Assembly (NCBI GenBank): GCA_025558095.1 | Contig: JAIVFI010000003.1 | Location: 1,090,632-1,154,631 of the forward strand | Direction of reading: 5' to 3' | Source of the DNA: Hyaloraphidium curvatum SAG 235-1 | Taxonomy: Eukaryota > Fungi > Monoblepharomycota | DNA: 64,000 nt | Shown: positions 24,246 to 35,489 of the stretch, piece after piece | How the letters are laid out: the number at the start of each line of letters is the position of its first letter | Position numbering within the stretch: the first letter of the stretch is position 1 | Notes under the pieces: model-generated | Told to the model about the DNA's origin: nothing | Seen by the model: only the letters and a program-made list of their open reading frames with translations | Database searches by the model: none | Position numbers and translations under genes: made by a program

Positions 24246-24758
24246 GGGAGCTGGCTGCTCGTCCTCCCGAAAGGGGACGGCGACCCCAGCGGCACACTGC
24301 CCTCCCTCCGCGAGCTGTCGCTCGGCCTGCAGAGCCCGATCCCGGTCGTGACCGAGGACCAGACCTCCCACATCCTGATGCAGCGGTTTTTTGCCGCTCG
24401 TTCCCGGCCCGGTGCGCGCCCCCTGCTCGGCCGCGTCGTCGTGGACGCCTGCATCGAGTGGGACGTGCACGGTGCCGAGGCGCGCGCCGCGACCGACAAC
24501 TTTGCAGCGCGAAGGACGGGGAACGGCTGCCCGCCTCCCGAGCTGGCGCTTCGGGTCGCGAGGAGGGGCAAGGCCGACCGGGCGCCGGACGGAAGCTGGG
24601 AGATCGACGTCCGGCCGCGCGGTCCGTTGGACACGGACCCCGAGCCCGTGGCTGTGCCGGAAGGTGAAGAGCAGGACGACATGGGCTGGGTGGACACGGT
24701 GGTGGCGGATGACGATGAACACTTTGCGGCGGAGACGTGGGTTGCGGCAGGCAACTGA
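24246..24758 (+). pseudogene. Orphan terminal exon of a decapitated gene (possibly LRR/F-box-like)
   Basis: Preceded by a branch point and acceptor (gCTGACcgtgCAG, ending 24245) but no upstream exon. Reads GSWLLVLPKG...LPSLRELSL...acidic tail, stop at 24758. Confidence 0.5.
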
Positions 24759-24803
24759 TACTTCATTCGTATTCGACCAACGTGACTATCCTCCGTGTCC
24801 CCA

Positions 24804-25765
24804 TCACGCATCCTCGTCGTCCTCCTCCGCCGCCTCCTTGTCCTTCCGCACGATCAGCCTCCGCCCCGCGACGAACTCGACCCTCTTCCCCGCCAGCGTG
24901 CACCCCTCGAGCACCAGCGGCGCCCCGCACGCCGCGTCCGCGCACACGTTCAGCAGCAGCCGCACGCAGTCCTCCGTCTCCCCGACGACCTCGTTGTACG
25001 GGCGGATCCGCGCGCGGCCGCAGTTTCCGCACACGACGCGCGGCTCGATGCGCAGGCCGGGGGTGCGGCGCACGGCGAGGCGGGGGGCGGTGTTGGGGAG
25101 GCGGAAGGGGAGGCGCCCTTCGTATCGCACCGAGACGAGGGTGTTTTCGTCGGGGGGCACGATGATGGAGGCGGGCGGGGAACGTGCGGCCCTCCTCTTC
25201 TTCTTCTGGGGCGTCGCAGAGGTCGGGTCGTCGTCGGAGGACGACGACGACGAGTCCGAGGAGTCCCGCTTGCGCTTTGCGGCGCGGAGGAGCGCGGCGA
25301 ATCCGAGCGACGACGGCGGGCCCAGCGCCTGGCGGGCAGGTGGCTTCAGCGCGTGCGATGATCTGGCGGTGCGTCCCCGACGAACCTTGTCGTTGGCGGC
25401 CCGCTTCTCGTCCGCGGCTTCCAGACAGGCTTCGACGGCGGCCTCGGCGTCGTAGTCCCTGCTGCGGAGCACGTAGGCGACGAAGACCGGGCCGAGCGGT
25501 CCGCCAACGATCAGGAGGGGCAGCTCCTGCGGATCGCGGAGCTTCAGCGCAATGCAGCGGCGGCACAGTACGTCGACCAACCCTTAGTGCGCTCTTGAGA
25601 CGCCTCGTCTTCCTCCTGGTGACCTCATTCTCGCCGGCGTCCCTCTGCGGCGGGCGAGGTGCCAGTCGGGGGGCGTCGCGGGAGGAGTCGGACCGCACTG
25701 ACCAGGAACCGCTTCAGCTCCGAAGAAGACGGGAGCTCGTAGAACGTTCGGGAATGCTTCGCCAT
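24804..25765 (-). CDS. Hypothetical protein with C-terminal CxxC...CxxxxC zinc-ribbon-like motif
   Basis: Protein-like ORF 24804-25580 with NLS-like KKKRR, acidic Ser run and VVCGNCG...NVCADAACG. 5' exons uncertain. Confidence 0.55.
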
Positions 25766-25915
25766 GGTTGGTGTCGCGTTGGCCACCCCGGCTGCGCGAT
25801 GCGATGTGGTGTTGGTGTTTGATGACGCGACGGTAAACACGGGACGCGTCTGGCATGCACCGCCGTTTCAGCCCTCGCCGGCCCTCTTTGGGCATTGCGG
25901 CGGGTCTAGGGCACC

Positions 25916-26895
25916 ATGAGAGCGCGTTTAGCTCTACAAGGCGTGGCTTGGCGGAACTGCTCGCCCGCTGTTCGGACGGACAGGCGGGACGAGCGCTCCC
26001 AGTCCACGCAGGACATCGTTGCGCCTGTCCTGCCGACGCGATTCTTCGCTTCGAATGTGCCGCGAGGCGAAGATTCCAGGGGCCGGCTCCTGAAGGTCCT
26101 GGAGAGCGCGACGGACGGCCGAATCGCGCCCCGGGACGTTGCAGATCGGGTCTGGGAGGCCTACTCCGCGCTCGGATCTGTCCAGGGACTCGACGAACGG
26201 GCTGTTTGGAGCATCGTGGACCACGTGACTGCCCGTGCGGTCAAGGAACAGGCAAGGCTACGGCACAAAGGAAACCAGTCGCCGCCCGGGCACCGTAAAG
26301 CCACAGACGTCCTGCTCGACACGGCATCGGAACGGGTGGAACGCGTTCTAGCCTATGCTACCGATGCCGGTGTTCTCATTTTCAGTGCTCCTGCCACCCG
26401 GTACATTCAAGTGAAGGATCACCGCCTGGGGTGGGTTGCGAAGGCGGTTCCATTCAGCTGCTTCAGCTCACGCGGAGTGTCACCAGCTCTTACGCAGAGT
26501 GTCGGAAGGTGGCCGATTTCCTGCGGGCGAAGTGCCGCATGACTCTGAATGAGAAGAACCTGTGCGCGTTGGTGCGCAGCCTGGCACAGCGTTTCTTGCG
26601 GCTACTACACGAGGAACTGATCGCGAACCCCACGCTCGTGGTGAGCGCCCTCATCTGGAACCTCTGTCTGAAGGTCATCGCGGAGGCGACGCCGTTGTCT
26701 TCGGAGGATCTCGCAGGGTATCCCTGCCGACAGAGCTGCGTCGGCGACCTCGCAGTGCCGCTTTGGGCCTTGAACAAGGAAGAGAAGCTCATCTCTCGCA
26801 CCGCACGTGTGGACTCGCGCGACCTGCATGCTTTGGAATTGGACCCGCTAACCGCTGCCGATCGCAAATCCAACGAGATCGACGGCGGCCCGTGA
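25916..26895 (+). pseudogene. PPR family copy C (5' half only, divergent)
   Basis: Presequence-like exon 1 (PTRFFAS, DRVWEAYSALG, KDHRLG) and intron 26431-26486. Exon 2 homology is lost after DSRDLHALELDP (about 26850), next to the 3' end of the non-LTR element. Confidence 0.85.
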
Positions 26896-27047
26896 TGATG
26901 TGCCAGTCCATCAATTCGAAGCTGCAGTCTGCTTGGAATAAGGTAACTCAAATCCATGTGCAATCAAACGGTCACGTCGTGGTGCACGCGCGCCCAGAGA
27001 GTGTGTAATGAGGAGCTAGCAATCCCACCGTACACTTAGAAATCCCC

Positions 27048-30000
27048 CTACGCCCCAAGAATCAGCTCCTCATCGACATTCAAACCAAAAGCGACCGGCG
27101 CGGGGGCCGGAGCGTTGACAGCGGCGGCTTCGGTGCACAGCTGAAGCCAGTGTTGGAGTTGGGCCGCGACGCCAAGAGCCCAGGCCACCGCGATCCGTTC
27201 GCGGAAGCGCCGCACAAAACGAGAGTAAAGGCCATCGAGGTCCACGGGCTGCCCATCGCGGCCGACGATCCCGGGATACTGGATGCGCCCCATCTCCGAG
27301 GAGAAGCGCGAGAAAGTGTCAGAGACAGCGCTGTACGAATCAAAAGCAATCACGATCAGAGGGTAGAAGTTGGCGTTGAAGACGAAATGGGAGTAGTCCT
27401 TCCTGGCGGCCTCGACCCGCCGTTCGACTGCGTGGCCCGGGACCGAGAAGACCAGGCCCGTGTGCAAATGGGCCATAGAGGTGAGGGTCTTGATCTCGAG
27501 CAACCACCGTTTCCGGGTTTCGCGGTGCGTGATGAGAACGTCTCCAAGGCGGCCAGCATCCGCAGGCGTGGGCGGGGTGACAGTCTCGTAGCCATGTGCA
27601 AGGAGGTTTGGCGGCATGGGGTGCACGCGGAGGAGCGGGATGGAGCGAAGCGCCGCGCGGATGGCCGCGCAAATGTCGTCGTGACCAGGTCTGAAGAGAT
27701 CCCGGCCATAGCAGCCCGAGAACGCGTGCTCCCCCGTCAGCGACATGGCCGATCGCTTGCATCCCCGCCGGCAGGGCAAGGAAAGACCAGGGTAGTCGGC
27801 CTCGTGCAGGAGCGGGAGGCAAAGCCGGAAGCGTACAAGTAAGCGGAAAAAGTAGTTGCGAATGTGGTTGGCAAGCAGCGCGGGAGAGGCAGTCAGGAAA
27901 GCCGACAGGCCGTCCTGCGCCTGGACGAGCCGCTTGCGGCGCTCCAGACCAGCGGAAGTGTCGGGTTGCAAGGCAATCAGAGCCGCGAGGCGGCGCTGGT
28001 CCTCGAGACGCGTAAGGTCGCTCTGCAGGCCGTGCCAGACCGGCTGAGCGAAGAAACTGGCGTCCGCAGGGAGCGTACGGCGGACGGGCGCGGCGCCCAC
28101 CGGTTGCCCAGCACGCGCAGCCTCGGCGTACGCTGCGGCCGTGTCATCCTCGACACGCTCAAAGGCAGGGCGGAGGGCCTCGATGATGGGAACCAGTTCC
28201 CGCACGTGCTCCACGCCCACACCCCGGGCCGAGGTTCGAAGACCAAGCATGGCGTCCAAGGGGCCCGCCGTGAGGTTGAATGAAGACAGGTAAGCCGCCG
28301 AGGCCACCTTCTCCGATGACAGAAGCCCCATCCCCGAGTAGTGCAGACCCAAGAATACCTGCTCCCGCACAGTCCGACCCTCCACCGACAGCGGATCCAG
28401 ATCCTCGGCCCGATCTCCCAGCAAGCGCAAGAAGGTGGTGAAAAGCGCGTTGTCAAGACGTCGAGCAAAGGGTTGGGTAACCGAGGGGGGGAGAATGCGG
28501 AGCCAAAACGAGAAGAGCTGGGTCACACAGAGACGGAGGAGGGAGTACAGGCCCTGGAGGGAGGGGATGTCGGCCGGCATGGCGTAGCCGAGCGCAGCGC
28601 GCTCGATTTCATCGAGAAGAGCGGCAATGGAGTCGATCTTGGCCGCGAGGAACGACTCCACATAGGCAGGGGTGCCGACCGGGGCACCGACCACCTTGAG
28701 GCCGCACGAGCGAGCGAAGTCAGGCGAGCCCGGGGCCGACGCCGTGGCATGCACCTCGGGGTCGGCCTCGTGAGGCGGGAAGCCAGCGACGCGGATGTTG
28801 TGGGCCGCACCGGCCGCGCGCACCCGCTCCAGCACGGCCGGGTCCGTCGAGAGCGAAAGCAGGTAGCTCTTGTCCGGGCGGTGGGTCATGCCGAGGGAAG
28901 CAAGGCCGTCACGCACCTCTCCCAGGACGGCCATGACCGAGTTGAGCGGCCCGACCACGGTGAGGTCGTCGAGGTACCCAAGGATGAGGCAGTCGGGGTG
29001 CCCAGAGCGGATGGGCCGCAGCATGCGGCTCATGGCGCAGGAGAAGATGGCAGACGACAGCGGGTCGCCCTGGATGTTGCCCTCGTACATGGTGATCCGG
29101 AAAAGGAGCTCCGCCGAGCGCCGGTCGCGGAAGTAGGCGTGGGAAGGGCGCGAGTAAACGAGGTTGTAGTACGGGATAAGCTGAGGCACCTGGCGGACCA
29201 CCTCGCGCGCGAAGAGGCGGCGCAGCGTATTGAAGGCGTTCCTAGAGTCGACCTTCATGACGACGTGGTCGGGGAAGGCCGCCAGCCACGCATTCACCGC
29301 GTGGGCGGTCGCCTCCGCGCCCCCGTCCACCCCGTGACCCAGGTCCTCCTGCTGTTGGAGCTTCCTCAGAAGAGCCTTGTGCCGCACGGCCAGGTACGAG
29401 CCCGCGAGCCGCGTGATGCCCTCCATAATGCCAATCGGCCGGAGCCCCCCCTCCGGCTTGAGCAGAGGGACGAGGATTTGATCCGTGAGGAGCGGCCGGA
29501 GCATGGGGGTGTCGAGTCGGCCAGTGCACACGCCGTGCACCATGGCCGCCAGCGGGCGGAGCTTCCGCCGCGTCGCGTCGTTCTCGCAGTTGTGCACGAT
29601 GAAAAGTTTGGCCATGCTGAAACCCGACATGCCGGCCCCCACGCCGTCCTTCTTCCGGCGCAACCTGGCCCAGATGTCCTCCAGGAAAGCCGCGTCCGTG
29701 TAGGCAGGGCAGGGCGCGGGCGCGTTGGGGGGCAGAGACAGCCGACACAGCGGCTCTCCCTCCCGCGGCCCCGGGTACAGCTCCTCCAGTTCCGCCTGCA
29801 GCGTGGGCGTGAAGCCAGCCGGCACGGCCTCCCCCGAGAGGGCCGCGGACGCAGCACCAGGAGCGCCCTTCAAGGCGGCAAGCACGATGGCCTTGAAGAG
29901 CTGGTAGTTGAGCGGCCGCAGCCCGTCCCGCCGCGCGCCCCGGTTGACCTGACGGGCGGCGAAGTAGTTCTGCTCGTACATGTAGTCCCCCGACATGACG

Positions 30001-30959
30001 TAGCCGCCAAAAGCAAGGTAGGCGGTGAGAGTGCGGTGCAGGTCAGTTTCCGGTGCCGCCGGGTCCTCGTAGGCCCGTTGGAAAGACTCGCTGGCCCGGA
30101 AGGCGAGCGTGCTCCAGGTGGTGGTCCGGTAGCGGTGCTTCAGCGGCTCCGGCGGCGGCGCCCCCGCGCCCCCGCCCGGCGGCGGATCAGGCCCGGGACC
30201 CCCGGGTGGACCACCGTCGCCCGGGTCGCCCGGATCACCGCCGTTGCCGTGCCCGCCAGCCGCGGCGTTGCCGCCCGGCGCGCCGTCGCCGCCTGGGGGA
30301 TCACCGCCGTCCGGGGCGGCACGCGCCGCCGCCGCCGCCGCCGCCAGCGCCGCCCGTTGCGCCTGGCCGTCCTGCGGGGCGTCGGCCGCAACCCGGGCGG
30401 CCGCAAGGGCCGCCAGCAGCGCGGGCGCGGGTGGCGAAGCACGGGGAGATGCCGACGATGCCGCCGGTGACGCCGGTCCCTCCGCGCGTCCCGTAGCAGC
30501 CGCCCGCGCGGCACGCACGCGGTCGAGGAACTCGACGAGATCGGGTGGAAGCGAAGCTAAAGAGACGCCGAGTGGCGGGTTAGCTGCGTCCGGGTTGCAC
30601 GAGGTGTGCTGTCCAGAAACACCGGCACCAGAGGCGTTTGCGGCGTAGGGACGCCGGCAACCCCCGCACCGCGCTAGCCCCATGGCGCGCAACGCATCGG
30701 CAGACAGGCGCTGCATCGCCAACCAGTGCTCCGGGCTCCGTGTGACCCGAAGATGACCGTCCCGTTTGTTTTTGTTTGGAGTTGGCTGGAAGCGGCAACC
30801 ATCAACCGGGCACGCATGGAGGCCGGGTTCAGCAGGCGCCTCCGCCATCGGCACATCGCCGTCGATGCAAGATTGGTGATGATGAGATAGAGCTCCGATG
30901 TTGGCGAAAGCTGCCGCGCAGCCGTGGCAGCTGTAAGGCAGGAGCGGCGTGCGGCTCAT
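27048..30959 (-). mobile_element. Non-LTR retrotransposon ORF (zinc fingers, RT, CCHC, restriction-like endonuclease), CRE/Cnl1/MoTeR-like
   Basis: Intronless 1303-aa ORF. N-terminal C2H2-like fingers; RT motifs LLKPEGGLRPIGI, KVDSRNAFN, QGDPLS, YLDD and GLKVVGAPVG; CRRGC..HAFSGC knuckle; RPGHD, RLGDVLI and LEIKT (PD-D/ExK type). Confidence 0.92.
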
Positions 30960-31405
30960 GGCGAATACGGTGGCGGCGGCGATGCCGGTGTCCCGCCGCC
31001 AGGATCAGCTACCGCGGACGGTGCCTTGTCCGACGAGATCTCCCAATCGTCGAGCGCATGTGTCCGCATCCAAACCTCCTGTGACTCGGTCAGGTCGCCC
31101 CCCGCCCTGTGCCAGGCCGCAAGCGCCGACCACGCGTCACCGATAGCGTCACGGCCGCCGTCATCGAGGAGCTCGGAACCTGGCCATTCGAGGTGCGCCG
31201 GCGAACCGGGCTCCGTGTGAGCATACCAAGGAGGCAAGGTGCGCGTCGGAGTGGATACTTCCGAGGAGCTCTGCCCCCCCCCGGCCGTTGGTGCCGGCGG
31301 CGTGCCGGGGGTTGTGCGGGGCGGCGCAGGCGGCAGCTGCAAGCTCGGCACGGCGGTTGCAGCTGGGATTTCCCACGGAGGATGGCCTGGGTGCGCCGAG
31401 AGCAT
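30956..31405 (-). CDS. Possible small ORF1 of the non-LTR element
   Basis: Pro/Trp-rich ORF whose TGA (30958-30956) overlaps the RT ORF ATG (30959-30957) as ATGA. Confidence 0.35.
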   Translation of the reverse strand: MLSAHPGHPPWEIPAATAVPSLQLPPAPPRTTPGTPPAPTAGGGQSSSEVSTPTRTLPPWYAHTEPGSPAHLEWPGSELLDDGGRDAIGDAWSALAAWHRAGGDLTESQEVWMRTHALDDWEISSDKAPSAVADPGGGTPASPPPPYSP

Positions 31406-31518
31406 GGAAGCGGCCGAAGCCAGGGCATCAGCGATCAAGATCTGCGATGACGAGGAGGGAGATACGCGCGCCCACTGACACCTCTCAGCAAGGGGGCGTC
31501 ACTCTCAACTTCATCGCG

Positions 31519-32627
31519 ATGCCCTCCGTGGGGCCGTCCGCCGCCGTCCTGGCGGCGCGGCAGCGCGCGGACGCTGCGCGGCGCATGTTGGCCGAGGCGG
31601 AGAAGGAGCTCGCGCGGCTCGACGAGGCGGAGGAGGCCGGAGTGCCCGGGCCGCCGCTGGACCGGGCGACGCTGGAGAGGGCGCTGAGGATGGAGAATGA
31701 TATCAGGATGGGGGAGGAGGGCCAGAGGCGGTTTGCGGAGGCGGAGAGGAGGGAGGACACGGACTGGTGCGTGCACTGCTCGGACTCGACTTGCCCCCCT
31801 TTCTGACTCCCGGTTCCCCTTCGCCTTGCCCCGATTTCCTGCTTGATCTTTGCAATGTTGTTTTATTGGAACTCGCTCGCAATCGCCGCAACCCCATTTT
31901 CCGTCCTTCCAGGATGACGGAGGCCGACCTCATCCAGCGCGAGGTGCTCCGCTCGCTCGGCGTGCGCCCCGCCAACGAGGCCCGCGCCCTCGCCCAGTTC
32001 CGCGCCGCCGTCGCCGGCCCCGACGCCGATCCCGAGCTCGCCAAGATCCCCGTCTACGTGCGCTTCCAACGCGCCCGCCGCGGCACCCTCCACCCCCCGT
32101 GCTCGGCCCCCGACGTCGCCCTGTACACCCTCGAAGGCACCGCCACCACCCTCCTGGCCCAGCAGCGCCCCGGCATCCCCCTCGTCGTCGTCGCCGGCAG
32201 CCACTCCTGACCTCCGTTCCGCGGGCTCGTCCCCGCCCTGCACTCGCTGCGGGACGAGCTCGCGGGAAGGGCAGACCTGCTCGCCGTGTACATCCGCGAG
32301 GCGCACGCGAGCGACGAGTGGCCCATCCGCAGCGCGCGGTTCGCGCGGGACGGGAAGCCCGTCGAGGTGCGAGCGCACGTGAGCTTGAACGACAGGGCGA
32401 GGGCGGCGGCGGGGTTCAGGGACGCGTTCGGGTTCCGCGTGCCGATCCTGCTCGATGGGATGGACGACGCGTTCGACGCCGCCTACGCGCCCTGGCCCAT
32501 CAGGTTCTTCGTGCTGCAGGACGGGCGCGCCGAGTTCGTGTCGGAGCCCGTGGGGGCGGAGATCGACGTGGCCACGCTGGGGTGCTGGCTGCGCGAGAGG
32601 CTCGGGGAGAGCGGACAGGTGGCGTGA
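31519..32627 (+). CDS. Iodothyronine deiodinase-like (DI-like) selenoprotein, about 320 aa, Sec encoded by TGA at 32208-32210
   Basis: Exons 31519-31766 and 31913-32627. Reading through the TGA gives PLVVVAGSHS-U-PPFR...VYIREAHASDEWP...LDGMDDAFDAAYAPWPIRFFV, matching the deiodinase motifs GSxxUPPF, YIxEAHxxDGW and Y.a.P.R. A SECIS lies downstream. Confidence 0.93.
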
Positions 32628-32673
32628 TTTCGAGTGCTGGGTGAGGACTTGACACAAGCCCCGCGGACGACGA

Positions 32674-32747
32674 CGTTCGAGCGCCATGACGGGGCGGCCG
32701 GCAAACCTCATCCGAGGATGGCCGCCCCTGAGGTTTGCGCGCGGACG
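32674..32747 (+). promoter_or_regulatory. Eukaryotic type II SECIS element in the 3' UTR of the DI-like gene
   Basis: ATGAC (32686-32690); helix II GGGGCGGCCG / TGGCCGCCCC; unpaired AAA (32703-32705); mini-helix CCTC/GAGG; 3' TGAG (32729-32732); helix I CGTTCGAGCGC / GCGCGCGGACG. Confidence 0.92.
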
Positions 32748-33012
32748 GATGGTGCCACGGATGCTATCTTTGACAGGGTTGGTGGACGGTGGATTCGAAC
32801 CGTAGCATTCGCATCAGTATCAGTAGATTCTTTAGCAGGCCCTGCGTTGCGCTCAAGGCGTGTCCGATTTTTGAGAAGAGCTGGTGCCGAGGGCGTGCTT
32901 GTTGAAGGAACGACAGAGATGGTACAGCTTGATGTCGTCGGCGGAAGGACGGATAGCCGGAGAGCACACACGGACAGCGACGCCTTATAAACAACCCACG
33001 AACCGTCCGGCG

Positions 33013-35173
33013 ATGCACGTTCGCCGGCGACTATTCTGCCTCTTTCGCGATGCCGCGGTCTTTCCAGGGCAAGTGCCTCGTGCGCCCGGGCCCGGGTCTC
33101 ATTCCTGGTTGCCGTGTGCACGCGCCGCCGGGTCACGGACGGAGGAACGCGCCTGCGGCGGCCGCGTGCCGCCTCTTCCGGGTGTTGCCTCTCTCGTACC
33201 GAAACGGTGCTTTTCTTCCAATATGCCGCATGGGAGCGACCCGAAGGAACGGCTGCTGAACGTCCTCGAGAGCGCATCGAGCGGCCGGATCGCGCCTAGG
33301 CAGGCTGCGGACAGGGTCTGGGAGGCCTATACCGCGCTCGGAACCGCCCGCGGACTCGAGAGCTACCTCGTTGCGGGCGTGGCACATCATTTGGCCGCCC
33401 ATGCGGTCCAGGTGCAGGCCAGCCTCCGCGGGAAGGGCAGGGCCGGAAACCGGGACCACGCCGATGCCTCGCTGGACCAGGCGGCGGAACGGATGGTTCG
33501 GCTTCTCGCGGACGCCACCGAAGCAGGCATTGCCATCTCGTCGTCTGCCGTGACGAGATTCGTCCAGCTTAAGGATCGCCACCTGGGGTAGGTCGCGGAA
33601 GGGCAGGCTACTCTCGGGCTTTCTGAAGATCCTTGTGCCCAGGTCGTACGCGGAGTGCCGGAAGGTCGTCGACTTTCTGCGGTTGAAGTGCCGTGTCACG
33701 CTGAACCATCTCATGTTAAGCGCGTTGCTGCGCAACGTCGCCCACCGCGGCAACTACACCGCGTTCCTCCGGCTCCTGTACGAGGAGCTGACGGCCAGCC
33801 CCGGCATCTCCATCGACGGGTTCATAATCAATCTTTTTCTCAAGGCGGTCGTCGAGGCGTCACCCCTGACGTCGGAGGATTTGGCAGAGTATGCGCGCCG
33901 ACAGACCTGCGTGGCGGACCTCGCAATCCCGCTGTGGGCTCTGACGAAGAACGAGCCCTTCGCTCGGACTAGAAGCCTTGATCCTCGCGATCTGGATGCT
34001 TTGGAGCTGGCTCCAGACCCTGCTTCGGCTCTTCGGGAAGCAATCGTGAGCGGCCCGGCGCCCAGCATCCTCGACCTCTGCCGCCCGACGATACCGGCTG
34101 GATCCACGACACCGGTGCGGAAGATTGTGCAGCTTCTGTCGCTCGCGGCCGCTGGCTTTCGGCAGGGTCGGGAGGACGTGCTGGACGGCCACGTCGTCGT
34201 GGCGGCTGTCGAAGCCTTCTGCGCTTGGAAGCACCCCAGGTGCGCACTGGCCACCTCGGAATTCTTCACAATGGCGCCATTTCCTATTGCGCCCCGTCCC
34301 CAGACGTTCAACATCTTGCTTGCCGATGCCTGCGATCGCCGGGACGCCGTTTCGGGCGACGCGATCCTCGAGCGCATTCGGCAGGTGGGCTTGAAGCCGG
34401 ATCTGGAGTTGTTCAATACCATGATCCTTTTCTACGGGCGCACGGGGAGGCTCAAGCTTGCAAAGGAGACCCTGAAGGAGATGGTCACCGCAGGCTATAA
34501 GCCCAGCCCGCTGACCGGGATGGCGGTGCTGGAGGGCATTCTCGGGCCAAAGGCGACGGTCGAGGACGTGGAGCGCGCAATGGACGCGCTCACATCGGTG
34601 GGTATCGACGTGGATGCGCCCAACTGGAACAAGGCTCTCCGGCACTTCGCGCAGCAGCGGGATCTGCAAGGGCTCATGCGGGTTTACGGGTTGATGACGG
34701 TGCAGCCAAGTCCCGTAACGGTGTCCTTGGTGGCAAAGGCGCTCGCGGATCTTGGGGATACGGGCCAGATGATCGACTTCCTGATCAGCGTTCCACCGCA
34801 TCTGGTCGGAAGATCCGCAACTTGGAGCGCCGCCATAACAGCCTTCGCAAGGCGGTGGACATCTTCCGGGGACTCGATTTGTCGGGACGCTGCCTTTGCT
34901 CTCTCGTGTGCCGCGGTGGACCACACACCACCGAGCAAGGAATCACTGCCGGCATCAGTCCGCGAGCTACCTTTCGTTGGCATGCGCCCGCCCGTCCCAG
35001 AATTCGGCCTCATGCTGGTCATTTTTGAGCTTGCCACGCGGCTTCGTGGGGAGCAGCTGCGAATCATCACAGACAAGGGGAGGGCGTACCTGCAACGGAA
35101 TGGGCATGCGCTGCCGGACGGTGCGGATGCACGGACAATGCTCGCGAGGCTTAGGCGGTCTCTATTGCGCTGA
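33013..35173 (+). CDS. PPR family copy D (intact, about 701 aa, putative mitochondrial PPR protein)
   Basis: Arg-rich N-terminus ending KRCFSS. Intron 33588-33642. Tandem PPR motifs at 34298-34711, e.g. PQTFNILLADACDRRDAVSGDAILERIRQVGLKPD and LELFNTMILFYGRTGRLKLAKETLKEMVTAGYKPS. Confidence 0.88.
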
Positions 35174-35489
35174 GCTCCGACGGCGGACGGCCCCGTTCGT
35201 GGCCGCAAAAAGCGCCTTGATATCTACGTCTCCACCGTTGGAAACGGCCTCGAAGACACGAATATATCAATTATTAGCACGTCGATCCGGGTCGCCTGCC
35301 CTCCTTTACGCCTTTGCATTTGTCCTTGTGTATCAGTACCCAGGATGGGTCTTCACGCCCCCGGGGAGGGTTGATAAGCGCCGGAAAGGGCGTTCCTGGC
35401 TCGGTCCATGCGACTTTCGAGAGCGGCATTTCTCGCCCGCGGGAGCTTTCCCCCGCGTCCTTGAACAGTTTGGTCGTCAGCGCGAGGGC

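Noticed and set aside
28341-30470. Long antisense or alternate-frame ORFs (also 280-1698, 46737-48797, 55294-57024, 56807-58945 and many others)
   Set aside because: Shadow ORFs caused by high GC and GC3 bias. They are Arg/Pro/Gly-rich, lack motifs and overlap well-supported genes.
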